64,000 bases of DNA from Antedon mediterranea (Eukaryota; Animalia; Echinodermata): NCBI RefSeq assembly GCF_964355755.1, contig NC_092674.1, positions 14,818,001 through 14,882,000 of the forward strand, in the 5' to 3' direction. The first letter of the stretch is position 1, and the number at the start of each line of letters is the position of its first letter. The position numbers and the translations under genes are program-made. The notes beneath the pieces were generated by a model that saw nothing but the letters and a program-made list of their open reading frames with translations, was not told where the DNA came from and made no database searches. Shown here piece after piece: positions 1 to 12,699 of this stretch.

Positions 1-1757
1 AATGCAAACGTGAACGAATACAATATAATGAAAATGGTAAAAACCGCGCGAATACATCGGACAGCGAGGAGGCGACGATAGATAGATAAGATAAATTTAT
101 TGAACGAACGCTTTTGTATCAGCGGCACACGTTTATAAGACGGTGCGTTCATTTACAAGGCAATGTAAAAACAAAAAGAAAAGTATCAAAAAATAACATT
201 TAAGTCTTAACTAAGAAGCGAATTATACAAGTAAAAACAAGGTAATCTTACATATCGAACAATACTTAACCTATATGATGGAGTTAATGTTATTATCTAT
301 TTATTATCAGTATTATTAATATTTTCAAGTTTTAAGTGAATATATTATCATTATTATTACTAAAAAAAAATATATATATATATATATATAATTGCTAATT
401 GATTTATTATACTGTTATTATTAAAATAAATGCAACTTTTATATGATTATTTGTTCTTATTATATTTAATATTAATAGTTATTTGTAATTTAATTAAATG
501 TGATACAATTTTTATTATACTATTTAGTCTTATTTTTAGTACTGTATTATTTATTTATTTTATTTAGATTTAGGTTACATTATATAATTTTGAAGAAAAA
601 AAAAATATATAAAAATATAATATATTATTGAATTAGATAAATGGTAAAATAATGTTAGTAGATAATATGGTGGGCGGTAAATATTTATATATTATATATT
701 AAGTGTAGTCTTTCTATGTCTCCATGCAGCAGTTAAGTATTGTTTACAGTGATAGTCTACAATTTCACCGATTCTCTCAATGATTGTTGACAACTCAGAC
801 AATTCAAGCGCGATCAACGATTTGACCTTTTATCCTAGCATGCACTGCGTGTTGATGAAACTTCCGGTATAACACGGTATCGTGATTTCTAGTATAACAG
901 CAAACGTTAAGGTGGGTTGACCTCGTTCCGAACAACACGCTAAAAATTAAAGCCGTGTTCAAATTTAGGGTGTTGTATAAACACGACCTAGATAACATAT
1001 TGATCATTTTCAAGAATGATATTCAAATACATTTCCTATTAAAAGATTATTCTTGAAGGTTTGCATGGTGAAGAATAATATGTATTTTATGCGCTAGTTT
1101 TATTTTTTGTAGTATTTTAAATCGACTTTTTAGGATTTTATATGTATATTTTGTATGGCTTTTTTTATCGTATTTTATATTTTATGTACTGTATCCATTT
1201 TATATTTGTATGTACTGTACTTTTGAAAAGGCCAACAGAGTTTCCCCATGGGGATAATAAAGTTTTAATTGAATTGAATTGAATAATAATAATAATCATC
1301 CTATTAAATAAATGCTTGCAAAGTCAATGGCTTTTTATTGAATTTACCTTTTTATTAAAGAGAAAACATTTTTTGCATCTGCAAAATTGCGTATTTAAAA
1401 AATAAATAAAATATTCATTGTTCATGTTTTTGGGTGACAATACTGTACATCTTTATAATAAAGCACATAATAATATTATTACAGTAGAAAAGAAATCCTA
1501 TAATACAAACATAACACCAGAGCTAATGAATTTAGAAAGTAGTTCCAGCTTACTAGACAGAGAGCAGTAGCTGACCTTGCTTAAGCAATAAACTTCCTAA
1601 TCTAAACAAGCTATTATCGTAATCCAATTAAAATGCAATTAACAGTCCTAGACCTTAATCCCTAAAATGATGGTCAGAAATCAGCAAAATTGGTAAAGGG
1701 AAGGAACACCTCATGCTGCCAAACAGTACAAAGGTGCTGTGCAGATTAGCTTAAAAA

Positions 1758-2235
1758 TTGGCCAAAGAGGAGTCATTAAAAAGAAAATTTCCCTTGGCTG
1801 TCAGTCGGACAATGATTAAGTATCCGGATATTGGAAAAGTCATGGAAGAATTTGTTCATGATAATTTAGTTAGCGCCGATGCCTGGCGACGAACTGGTGT
1901 ATTCACGTTTGATGGCAATTTAAAGGGAGGAAAGAAAGTTACTTATAAACAGTTATTGGAATTTCTAGAAGAAAAGTACCAAGATAAGTTTGCATAATGG
2001 CACTGTAGTACAATTGTGCCCGTCATAATCATGTAGGATATCTGACAAACAGTACAAAGGCGCTGCGCAGATTACCTCCAGAAGAGCCAGGAAAGGGTGG
2101 AATGTTCACCTACCCGGATAGCTATTGGAGTAATTATTTTTATGAAGACCTTGATACATTACAGTTGAAGGATAGCAGCAATAAATTCATATTAAACCGA
2201 GATGATGCCGCCGGTTCCCCTCTAGACACAACAGC
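1758..2235 (+). pseudogene. Frameshifted fragment of an uncharacterised marine-invertebrate transposase-like protein
   Basis: ORFs 1758-1997 and 2102-2425 plus the sequence between them give ADAWRRTGVFTFDGN...GTVVQLC...YKGAAQITSRRARKGW...NRDDAAG, a motif string I recall from repeat-encoded proteins; stops and frameshifts; truncated near the MULE edge. Confidence 0.5.
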
Positions 2236-2299
2236 AATTTTTAATACAAATATTACGTCATTTTCCAGTTTGGCCGATAGAGGCGCGGGTGATGACGCT

Positions 2300-5200
2300 C
2301 TCAAACGTGACAATGTACGACCTTGCCGCCGGCGAAATTGTTTTTACTTGTCATATAAGGCCGATTCAGCAAAAGTCAATAGAGGGTGCATGTACGTTAA
2401 AATACCATCGCAAAAAATAATCTGATGACCTGATGCATACAATTATAGTGCTGAGTTGTACCTAGTATTATGTCTCATCTACTGAGCTGTAGATAATGTA
2501 AGTAAACACTGTATATCTATATACAGTGTAGCATAGGTGAAATTACGGGTTCCACATTATTATGTTCTAATTTTGGGAATATGATGACATTATCAAAATA
2601 AACTTGAAGAGAAAAGGCCTCCTCCTACTTAGTCGGCTAGGCATAGGCTAGACCTAGAGTAGTAGTAGTACTATTAGTATTATTAGCGCACGCCTACTAC
2701 TATCATAGTAGTAGGCGTGCATGGTTATACCAACAAAGTAGGCTGAGGCCTAGTAGGAGTCTGGAAGAGAGGAAGCATAGGTCTATCCTACTAGGCTAGT
2801 TAATTGGTTAAATATTAATTAGGCCTAGGGATGCCCACTGCACTAGAGGCTAGACCTAGTTAGTCCCCTTACTCACATAATAGTAGGTAAGCCTAGGTTA
2901 ATTAATAATAGGCATAGGCCTGGTAATACAATATTAATTGGACCATACAGACTGTGACAGTACAATGGGGTTAATAATAGATAATTAAGAAAAAAAAAAT
3001 AATAATAATAATGTTCTGGACAACCAAACATACAATTTCTGTGATTATTTTAAACCTTTAATCCAAAATAATTTTACCACATTACTGTATTGTACTTGAA
3101 AGTAAATGTCATTGTCTTACCATTAATTCAAGGATATCTTTTTTCTATAGATCTTCAGATACTCACTTGCACAACTTCTCAATGATGGTTCATTTGAGTT
3201 ACAACCACAATCATCTGATCCTCTGTGCTGACACTCTAAGAAACAGGAATGTTTTAGATATAGTAACAAAGAAGTTTGTGGATATGTTCAAAACAGGTCA
3301 TTATCAAACTATCGTTTTTCTAGCACATAAACATGACCTTGAGAGGAACATACTGATGACTATGTTGTACGTTGCTTCTGACCGAGCAGAATGTCCTGAT
3401 CAGCAATGGTGCTACCAGTATCAATATAAATAATTTATAAATATAATATTATTATTATATTTATATATTAACATATAATATTATTGTACCTTGTAAAAAA
3501 AACCTTGATTGCGCTCCCTGGTTGAAAAGTTTAAAGGCGGGTGCATAATTCTTTAAATACCAAAATTAGGTATGTATAAATAAAATGGAAATTTAAAAAA
3601 CAGATATAGTAAAAATAATTTTAAAAACATGGCCATTTAGATCATTAATTAAAAAAATACAGAATACACTACATTTTCAGATATACTGTCACACTGTGAT
3701 TTAGCACAGTTTTCAAACACAAAAAGTATTTGAAACATTGTCAATTTTGACCTTTATTATTATATTTTTAGTGTAAATATATCCGACCATGTTTCATGTG
3801 ATAAGTCGGCCAGTGGTGGTAGCCATCTTGAAGTTTATCAATATGTTCAAACAGAATCTTTGTGAATTCCTCCATACATACACATTTAAATACTTTTGGC
3901 AAATATGGTTATTACACATTACTGTATTATTAATGAAAATATTTAAACAATACAATTTGCTCCCATTATTGAATACTGTAATTTATATTTATTTATCAGG
4001 TTGTACAACAAGATATTCAAAGAAAGCTATGGAGAACCTGTTGGTAAAGCAATGCTCAGAGACCTTGAAGCAAAAGTTCAGGAAGTTTGTTCAAAGCATA
4101 ATGATGAAGTTGTGGTCGTTGCTATATGTACACCTATGATGAAACGTGTCTACAGATATGAACTTGCTTTTATTGATTCATCGGGCGGAGTAGACCTTCA
4201 TGGCTGTCATGTTTTTGTAATTCTTACACATACTGTAGCTGTGTCGGTGGCTTACCGTTGGGCTTACTTATCACCACGTCGGAAACTGTTTTATATATAT
4301 ATATATTTTATCTGTATTCTATTGTTAACCGTTTTTGATGTTGTATTGTTTTATGTTTCAAACCTGTTAGTGGCGGTATTTATCGCTGTTGGTTTTGATT
4401 GAATAAAATAAAATAAATAAATAAAACTGAAGAGGTCATTACAGAAGGGGTTCACTCTTCTTAAGGACATTTTACCGCCTTTTTACTGCCTTTTATGATA
4501 AGTTATGCCCAGCTGTCTTTATGACAGATGACTGTGAGGCAGAGAGGAAAGCCCTCAGTATGTATTCCCAGGGTCTTCATGCGTTCTGTGTACATTCCAC
4601 ATATTGCAGGCTATGTGGAGATACCTGTGGGATACAAAACACAGGGTAAAAAACGAAGATAGACCACGATTATTAGGCGTGGTCAAGGCAATGCTGTATG
4701 CATCTACTGAAGCTCAGCTACATGTCTGTTATGAGGATTTGGTTGGTGATCATAGTTCAAAGACCTATCCACAATTTATAGACCACGTAACTAAATTGTA
4801 TGACAGACGCAAGATGTGGGCTTTGTGTTATCGAGTCTGATGAAAAAGCGCCCAAGAAGGTTGGGAAAACCCCTTGGTGTACAACCTACAGCTGTGGCTC
4901 GTAGAAAATCATATCTTGGTGGACGAAGGTCTCTTGGATCTGGGCGTCCACTAAAACAAATACAGGTAAATAGCAATCCAAAGCTTATGCCAAAGAAAAG
5001 AATACGGAGGGCTCCTCACAAACTTTCAATCTGTGTAAAAACAAATATTTCATTGGGAAAAACCCATTCAATGAAAAAGTAAGTAATTAGAGACTTTTCG
5101 CAGTCAGGACGGAAACGTTACACGTCACAACTTTCAAGAATATAGCTTTAATAACAGTTATAGTTAAGTTATACTTATTATAAATAAATAACAGTGAAAC

Positions 5201-6160
5201 ATAGGCCTATTGTTTAAAATTAGTTTAATACTGGGTGGCAACATTATTTTTTATATTATTGTTTAGTTAATTAATAAAACGTGTATTCATCCATGTTTGG
5301 GAATTTTTTCAATTTGTTTAGATTGTGCAAGTAAATCTTTTGGGAAAATAGCCGATTATGCTCAGATATTTTAAATAAAGTTAAGTAAAACTCCCTGGAT
5401 ATACTGTACATTAATATCACCTGCTGGATTGAGTTTTGTTTCAACTTAAGTGACGATCTATTTAAAACAAACATGGTTCCATGTATCTTGAATAAAATAT
5501 ATGAAAACGTTCACTGCCATCACTTGATATTTTGTTACTGGTTTATTTAATTTATACATTTCCTATTTCACATTATGCAGACACATATCATATCATCTGG
5601 GGTGGAGGTGCAAGTTTGCGATCGCGTGCAAGTTTGCGATCGCGTGCACCCCCACCCCCTAATTTTGTATTTATAGAAGAGAAAACAAAACCCGGAAATG
5701 CCACAACCATGGTGGGACTGAGGCATATTGCACCTCTTTAAAGAAGATACAATACATCGGAAACGCAGTTTCAAACTGTTAAATGGATTAGTTGAAGACA
5801 TTCTTGTTGTGTCGAAAGAAGAAATGTCCAAATGTTTAATGAAAATAAATATTATTTTATTATACCACCATACCTATTACAGTATATTAAATGTAATTTT
5901 ATTGCATGAATTGCTTTCATTTTAGGCCTATTTATCAGCAGTCAAAAAAGACCATTACAGTAATAGTAGTAGTAGGTAGCTGACATGACAGCGAGGGAAA
6001 ATTGGGAAAGCAATTCTATGCTCTGCTTGCGTCTCAGCGTGCAGCAGCAGCCTGGCTGTTGTTATTTAAATATTCATAAGCGATAGAGCTTGCCCTCTAT
6101 TGACTTCTGCTAAATCGGCCTTATATGACGAGTAAAAAAAATTTTGCTAGCCGTCGCGAT
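2300..6160 (+). mobile_element. Degenerate Mutator-like (MULE/MuDR) DNA transposon; outer ends approximate
   Basis: Inverted repeat tttttacttgtcatataaggccgattcagcaaaagtcaatagaggg (~2342-2386) vs its reverse complement (~6094-6140) brackets a MULE transposase; TSD not resolved. Confidence 0.65.
3150..5082 (+). pseudogene. MULE transposase pseudogene (intron-containing, internally deleted)
   Basis: HLSYNHNH zinc-finger end; FIDSSGGVD (first D); FMTDDCEAER (second D); LCTFHILQAMWRYLWD (CxxH); basic C-terminal tail PTAVARRK...GKTH. Confidence 0.75.
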
Positions 6161-6562
6161 CGTCGAGGCCTTGTTTTCAGGCTTTTTGGGTGGCACAGGT
6201 AAAGTGACGGACATTGACGCATTGACATACCATTTAGGTTCTTTGACACACCCCTGTGTCATTAATTATTTGTAAATGACGCGTCATACAATTGACAAAT
6301 GCATTAATCTTTATTAAAAAGGAAATTCATGTGCAGACACCCTCAGATTCTCGGATTTAGGAATATATCGCAATACATAATATAACGGAGTACAGTAGAT
6401 ATTAAGGGCACTCTTTGTGGGCCGAAACATCCCACTTAGTGGGCTGAAACATCTCACTTTAGAGCAAATTCATATTCATTTTTATTGGTATTTAAATATC
6501 AAGTTTTTAAAGGTGTTTAACAATCCATATTTTATTGATATTGACAATTTTGATATAGCCTA

Positions 6563-8547
6563 TGTTATGCGCGATTTGAACGATTTGCGCAATTTAAAAT
6601 TGCGCAAAGAATTCTTGTGCAATTTTAAATTGCGCAGGGATTTTCTTGCGCAATATTAAATTGCGCAAGTTGATTGCGCAATTTATGCGCAAGTTGATTG
6701 CGCAATTTAATATTGCGCAAGAAAATCCTTGCGCAATTTCAAATTGCGCTGCAAAATTTGTAAATTGCTCTTGCGCAATATGACACCTTTGTGCAATTTG
6801 AAAACGAACTGTTTGTTATTTTTGTTATTGTACTCATTTGTTGTTGAGAATGGTACCGAAAGGTCGATCTTTTTTGTCATTAAATTTAATTTTTAAGTTA
6901 AATAGTAAACGTCTAATAATTCGTAATAATTATTGTTTCTAACAAAAATTTAATCGTTATTAGTCTTATTAATTAATCGTCATTAGTACTGATATTTGAA
7001 TTGAAATTATTATCTATTGGTAGGGTTACCGAGAGTTGACTCCATTGTTATTGCCACGATTCAACTCCGCGTACGTTACCATGCGCGCTATGTCATTGAC
7101 GCGATTATTTGTCCATTGGTAAACACATTTTTATGTAATATTATTCTGAAAATAATTGAACTGTAAACATAATTCTTTTGAGTATTTATTTATTTACATA
7201 TCATTACATAAGATCAACTATTTTTTATCGTCATTACATTCATCCAAACATGCAAAAAATGTGGTTAAAATATCGTACTGTCTAGCGCGTACGACCATAC
7301 GCGGTAGATTGTTTACTCAAAAACCTTCGAACGGTCCAGTGACCTAACCCTATTCAACCTTGTTTTTGTAGTTGAGCCTCTCATGACCTGGGATTTGTTT
7401 GTCTTCCTACGCCAAGATAATATAGTTCTACATGCCATGTGCTTTTTTCTCTGAGAAATATTTATTATAAGTGCCAAAAAAACGGTTTTTTCTCTACTGT
7501 ATATGAAGCCTTTATTATTTAAATCTTTTAGAGAAAAATCACACATACCATAAAGCAGGTCCATTTATTTCATTTTTTAAATAAAATTGTGAAAATTACG
7601 TGAGGCTCAACTACAAAACCACCATTTTGTGATATGATGTCATCGTAAGCCAATCAAAGCTGAGATTTCCCGCGATCGGCAGTGCTCACGGTTGAATGAT
7701 TTTGGATCCTGGCTATTTGATTGGTGGATGCGAATCACCCACAGCGGAATGTTTTCTCTCGCGTGTACCGCGAAGTCACATGGTCTGTCTGTACTGATGT
7801 TACTACACAAATTTAGAGCAATGAATTTGTACGAATTCCGTTAAATAAACAACTTTATATATTTTGTAAACATTTAATAACATATTTTATTGATATTTCC
7901 AATGTTGATATATAAAATAAATTACTATAAAACGTAATTATTTGTAATTATTTTAGCGAAAAACGGTGTGGTTCATACAATTGTCGACTGAGGGCGCAAT
8001 TTGTTTACAACATTCGTGGCCAAAAACGATCATTTTCGGAGATGTTTTAAACCTTATATTTCGAAAACTACAAGTCAGATTTTCCTAATTCTTTCTTTAT
8101 TGGAATATTGAAACAAAATACTAACATATAATGTTAAATTGGTTGAAAAATAACAACTTTTAATTTTGCATCGTTATTCCTACTATTGGTATTTATTTAT
8201 GCCTTCTCCTCATATTATGTGTGAATATGGTATTTTATAGAACCATTGGAAAATCGAGATTTTTTTTATTCGGAAAAAAAAATTCGGGAGGGAGGCTCCC
8301 GGGAGGCTCCCGGGAGGGTAAGGAAATGCGATATTATCTTCAATTTTGAATCATTCTTAGAAATTACTAAAAAAATATGAGTGTGCATGATTTCACAATC
8401 TGTCGAAAAACCTTGCGCAATTTGCAGATTACTTGCGCAATTTAATGCGTTGCTTGCGCAATTTGAAACACATGTTTCAATTCAAATTGCGCAAGGAATT
8501 TTTTTCGCAATTTTAAATTGCGCAAATCGTTCAAATCTCTCATAACA
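6563..8547. mobile_element. Non-autonomous TIR element with Ginger-type ends (TGT...ACA, 4-bp TSD)
   Basis: TIR tgttatgcgcgatttgaacgatttgcgcaattt / aaattgcgcaaatcgttcaaatctctcataaca; TSD CCTA at 6559-6562 and 8548-8551; many subterminal TTGCGCAA palindromes. Confidence 0.75.
7021..8182. mobile_element. ~1.15-kb non-autonomous element with TAGGG..CCTA ends and 7-bp TSD (copy 1)
   Basis: Ends tagggttaccga / tcgttattccta; TSD CTATTGG at 7014-7020 and 8183-8189; homologous along its length, inverted, to 22246-23389. Confidence 0.85.
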
Positions 8548-8825
8548 CCTAGGCCTATATATAGGCCTGGCCCTAGGACTAGCTAGCCTAGGCTAGTAGG
8601 CCTAGCTAGAGGGGCTAGGCTAGGTCCTAATATATAGTAGGCTAAATAAATTACTAAAAAAACGTAATTTTATATTCAATTTATTACTTTCGGTATTAGG
8701 GCCGATTCGTCCCGGATTCAACTAAAAGTGGGCCTAGCTAGTTAGTAGGCTAGGCTAGGCCTAGGTAGTAGTAGGCCTAGGCTAGCTAGTAGGTAGCCTA
8801 GGCTAGGTAGTCTAGTAATTACTAA
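8548..8825. repeat. Low-complexity tract of TAG/CTAG/TAGGCCTA palindromic units
   Basis: Dense taggccta, tagcta, taggcta and tagta units; similar tracts at ~2625-2920, 20415-20505, 40225-40615, 42410-42615, 47450-47525, 50505-50545 and 52950-53005. Confidence 0.85.
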
Positions 8826-9092
8826 TACATACCACCGGCATTACCACGCACACAGGGCAAGAAGGTTGATCCATCAACTTTCCAGTTTTCCTGTTCTTGG
8901 GGAATTCCATCTATCTGTAACTGCATTTGTCCATATCTAACATTATTCACACAGCAGAAACATTCATCATCACTTCCCAAGAAGCGACATGACATGGATG
9001 GAGTTCGTGTAGGCAAAGAATATATCACAAGAATGAGTAATCCGCGATTTTCCCTGTAACAGTAATATTATTGTCCATGTGGTAGGGCGCCG

Positions 9093-11712
9093 CACAGTGG
9101 GCCAGAATCAATTCAAAGTGTGCCAAAAGTCCAAAATGGTCAATGTGGATTCCGAACTTTTTAATATTGGATTAGGAAGAAGACATCTTAAATTATATAA
9201 ATCCACTAATAATTTTATTTTTTGTAAATTTTAATAGTGTCTTGTAACCATGGAAACTTGAAGAAACCATGACATTTCACTTAAAATGAGCAAAAACAAC
9301 AGTTTTGATAAATTCGCTGTTATTTTTTCTAGAAAAAAGCAATGGATTTGATACTGCATGAAATTGTTGTCTGTTATTAATACTATTAGGCAGTAAAATA
9401 ACATTTTCGATTATTGCTTTATTTTAGGGTTAAAAGTCACAAAATATAGCCCAAAAATACCAAAAAATCATATTTTTAAAGTAAAACCACTAAAATAGTT
9501 TGGATTCGCGTCGATTCGCGCGCTAATTTTGACATTAATATTTCGAGCAAAACTTGAGCTTTATTAATACCAAATTTGGCTGCGAAAATTCGCGACATTG
9601 CATATAGGAAGCTTTTTAAATGTCCCGTTTTAAAATAAATGTATAATGCATTTTCATTGACATTGATGTACCGCAATCGCACGAACTTGACGAAGAGAAA
9701 ACCTTTCCACGACGCGTCTGTATTGGAAAAGAGAATGCTACCAGTGTGAGAATAAGCATTCATAAATGTAGGTACAGGTAACATGGCCTCCATATCAAAA
9801 TACAACTTTTAAAGCTGTCCATTCGGCTGGTTTAATTACCAACATTGAACTAGCCTGCAATGTATGTTTACGTGAATTGCGTTTACATTACAATGTAAGG
9901 AATGACGAGAACATACCAAAAGAACTTTTGGAGTATACTACTAAAACTATCAAACCATTTTCTTTATTATTTATGAAGAAGATGGTACAAGTATGGCCGT
10001 CACAAGGTTCATTTCATCAACTATTATTAGTCAGAGAACCAGACGAACTTCTCTATGCTGCTTCACAAGGCGTCTATAAGCAAAATTCACATTTAAAATA
10101 TGTGCTGAAGTTTGAAATGCTAACACCATTAAGACCAGCTAAAATAAGAAAGTTAATATCCGAAAAAACCAGAACCGATCAAGTTTACTAGTGAAAAAGC
10201 TTTGTCACTTTTAGCTATAAGTTGAAACTGATATGACAAAACAGTCATACCAAACTTTGTGGAACGTGAGGGAAACTAAGCATAGATGCTACGTAAATAA
10301 TATAACGGTTAAAGAAGATTCGGCAAGAGTACCCCTTCAAAGCTTGCTGGACCAAACTGCACTTCGAATTGTTCAGTAAAAAAAATAAGAAATTAAAGAA
10401 GTAGTTGAACATAAAGATACTTCCTCGTGATTTTGCTGACCTTTACACCTGCAATTCAATATATTATTTGATATTAATTAACTATGAACTGGCTGCAGAT
10501 GAAAACAGAAAAGACAACATCTAAATACACTACAATTTACAATTCACACCATAGTTGACCAAAAGGTCGTGAATGCTTTGACTGAAACCAAGTATTCAAT
10601 GCGATGTTATATATGTGAAGCTACTCCAAAACAGTTTAATGATTTGGATAAACTCCCATCGTCAAGTTAAGAAGTCTACAGCTATGACTCTCGCCACTAC
10701 ACAAATGGAGTAGGTGCTTCGAAATGCTAATTCATATTGGTACAGAATGCCAGTAAAAAAAGTGGCGTATTTCGTCTGATAGTGAAAAAGCCATCGTTGC
10801 CGATATGAAGAAAAGAAATACACGATCGGTTTAAAGAAGATATAGGAATGAAAGTAGATGAACTTAAACAAGGTTCAGGAAAACAGTGGCAACATAGCTT
10901 GCAGAGCTAGCTCTCCAGGAAAAGGAGACTTTCGCTGAAATTTGCGGGTTGGATGTAAATCTAGTACGTGTTTAGACCCTTTTTAGGGACTACTGCCGAA
11001 AAACAGCAGAGTTATATATACAACTCTATCCATGGTATAAAATGCCAGTGAGTGTACATGTTCTCCTAGTTCATGGTTCATCCATTATTTCGAGTTCTGT
11101 ATTACTGATGGGTATGATGAGCGAAGAGTCTATCGACGAAAACATACAATGAAAACAAACGACAACATAAGTGATGTATTTCAGTCATTTAAACCCTTAT
11201 TTGTAACATGCAATAAAAACCTATTTTCAATATCAATATTATTCACACAATCAGAAAACAGTATTTGTAATGACATCATACTGTACATTAAAAAGATGGC
11301 TTCATTGAACTCTGTGGATCTTTAATTAATTTAAGTACGTTTCAATCATGGATGCAATTATTTAATCACACATGATATTGCAATGAGAATTAAAGTCATC
11401 TAATCAAAAATTATTATTTTATGACGTCTAATATATTAAGAAAATGTTCCAGTTGGATTTATTGGGTGTAATAGAAACCCTTAGTAACACTTTCAATAAT
11501 GAATGTAATATCAATCGACATAGGAATTACAAGCATATTCGCCTCAACTAATCAGAAAACACCATTTGTATTACGTCATACCTATTTAAAAATACTTCCA
11601 TTAAATTCTACGGGTCTGAAAACCCCTTAGATCCTTTAAAAATTAAGGTAATCAGTATTTATTTATGCGTATAGACTTTTGGCACACTTTGAACCAATTC
11701 TGGCCCACTGTG
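9093..11712 (+). mobile_element. Transib DNA transposon with RSS-like TIRs
   Basis: 39-bp TIR starting CACAGTG at both ends (3 mismatches); perfect GC-rich 5-bp TSD CGCCG at 9088-9092 and 11713-11717; Transib transposase motifs inside. Confidence 0.95.
9783..11140 (+). pseudogene. Transib transposase pseudogene (RAG1-core homolog)
   Basis: Across frameshifts: RCYICEATPKQFNDL (~10601-10646), SPLHKWSRCFEML (~10690), LYPWYKMPVSVHVLLVHGS (~11023-11080) and GMMSEES (catalytic E, ~11111). Confidence 0.9.
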
Positions 11713-12699
11713 CGCCGCCATAAGTGTGGATGTATCTGGGATGTATACAACTTTTTGTGACGGTTTCAATAATCAAAGGCTAGAACACCGGTAGTATTTT
11801 CATGATAAAAAATGTTATCAACTACATGCCAACATCATGTTAAATACTATTTGGATATTTAATCGTTCGTTTTATGCAATTTATTTAGTAAAAACTGCCG
11901 TATAAACAGTTTGCTTTATCAACCGGGCGCTACGATAGCGTGACCGGGCGTGTTGGTGTTTACGCGTTTTCACGAAGGATAGTTTAATAATATTCCTATA
12001 TTTAACTTTTTTCTGGTAAAACAAATAAATGTTAATGACATTTAACATTTTTTCCTATTAATAACATGTATTTTATACTAATTTATATCATAAAAACAAT
12101 ACTTAATTTACCGGGCGTAGAGTAGTACACGGCAATGGTAAAGAATAGGCCGCGCTGAGTAATTAACGATTTGTTGATATTTGGTGTTGCTGTGTTAGGC
12201 CTTTTTTGTGAACTAACTTAGCATGTTAGTAAATAATTGTCTGTAAAAGTGAATGTACACTAGTTTGTTAATAAATATGTATTATAAAATAGTTTACAAT
12301 TGCAAAATCTATTATAATATCTATTAAATCAAGTCTTATTTAGTATGTATACATCCGCCCTTATGAGGGCGGGCATCACTCACAAATCGCGGAATACTCA
12401 TTCTTGTGATATATTCTTTGGTGTAGGCTACAAAATATTACAACTCCCTGCTAAAATCAAATGTACACGTGACGTGTGCGCGCGTATGTGTCTCCACTAC
12501 ATTATTGCCAAAACGTACGAAATATAGATCATCAATCCTTTGAAATTTCCAAAAAAATGCATAATTATTCAAATATTTTCGAGTGATTAGCCAATGGCAT
12601 GCGGCTGAAACTAGTCAACCGGATAATCGTATACACCAAGAATTCGCGATGTATAATCTATACACTAAGAAATAAAATCGAACAAACAATACAGATAGG

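Larger units (their letters stand above)
9014..12420. mobile_element. Non-autonomous P-element-type transposon hosting the Transib
   Basis: 37-bp TIR caaagaatatatcacaagaatgagta(a/t)tccgcgattt at 9014-9050 and 12384-12420 with one mismatch; 7-bp TSD GTGTAGG at 9007-9013 and 12421-12427; CA..TG ends. Confidence 0.8.

Noticed and set aside
77-1285. LINE 3' tails (gata repeats at ~77-100; aataaag..(ttgaa)n at ~1255-1285)
   Set aside because: Suggestive only; no coding remnant to support a feature call
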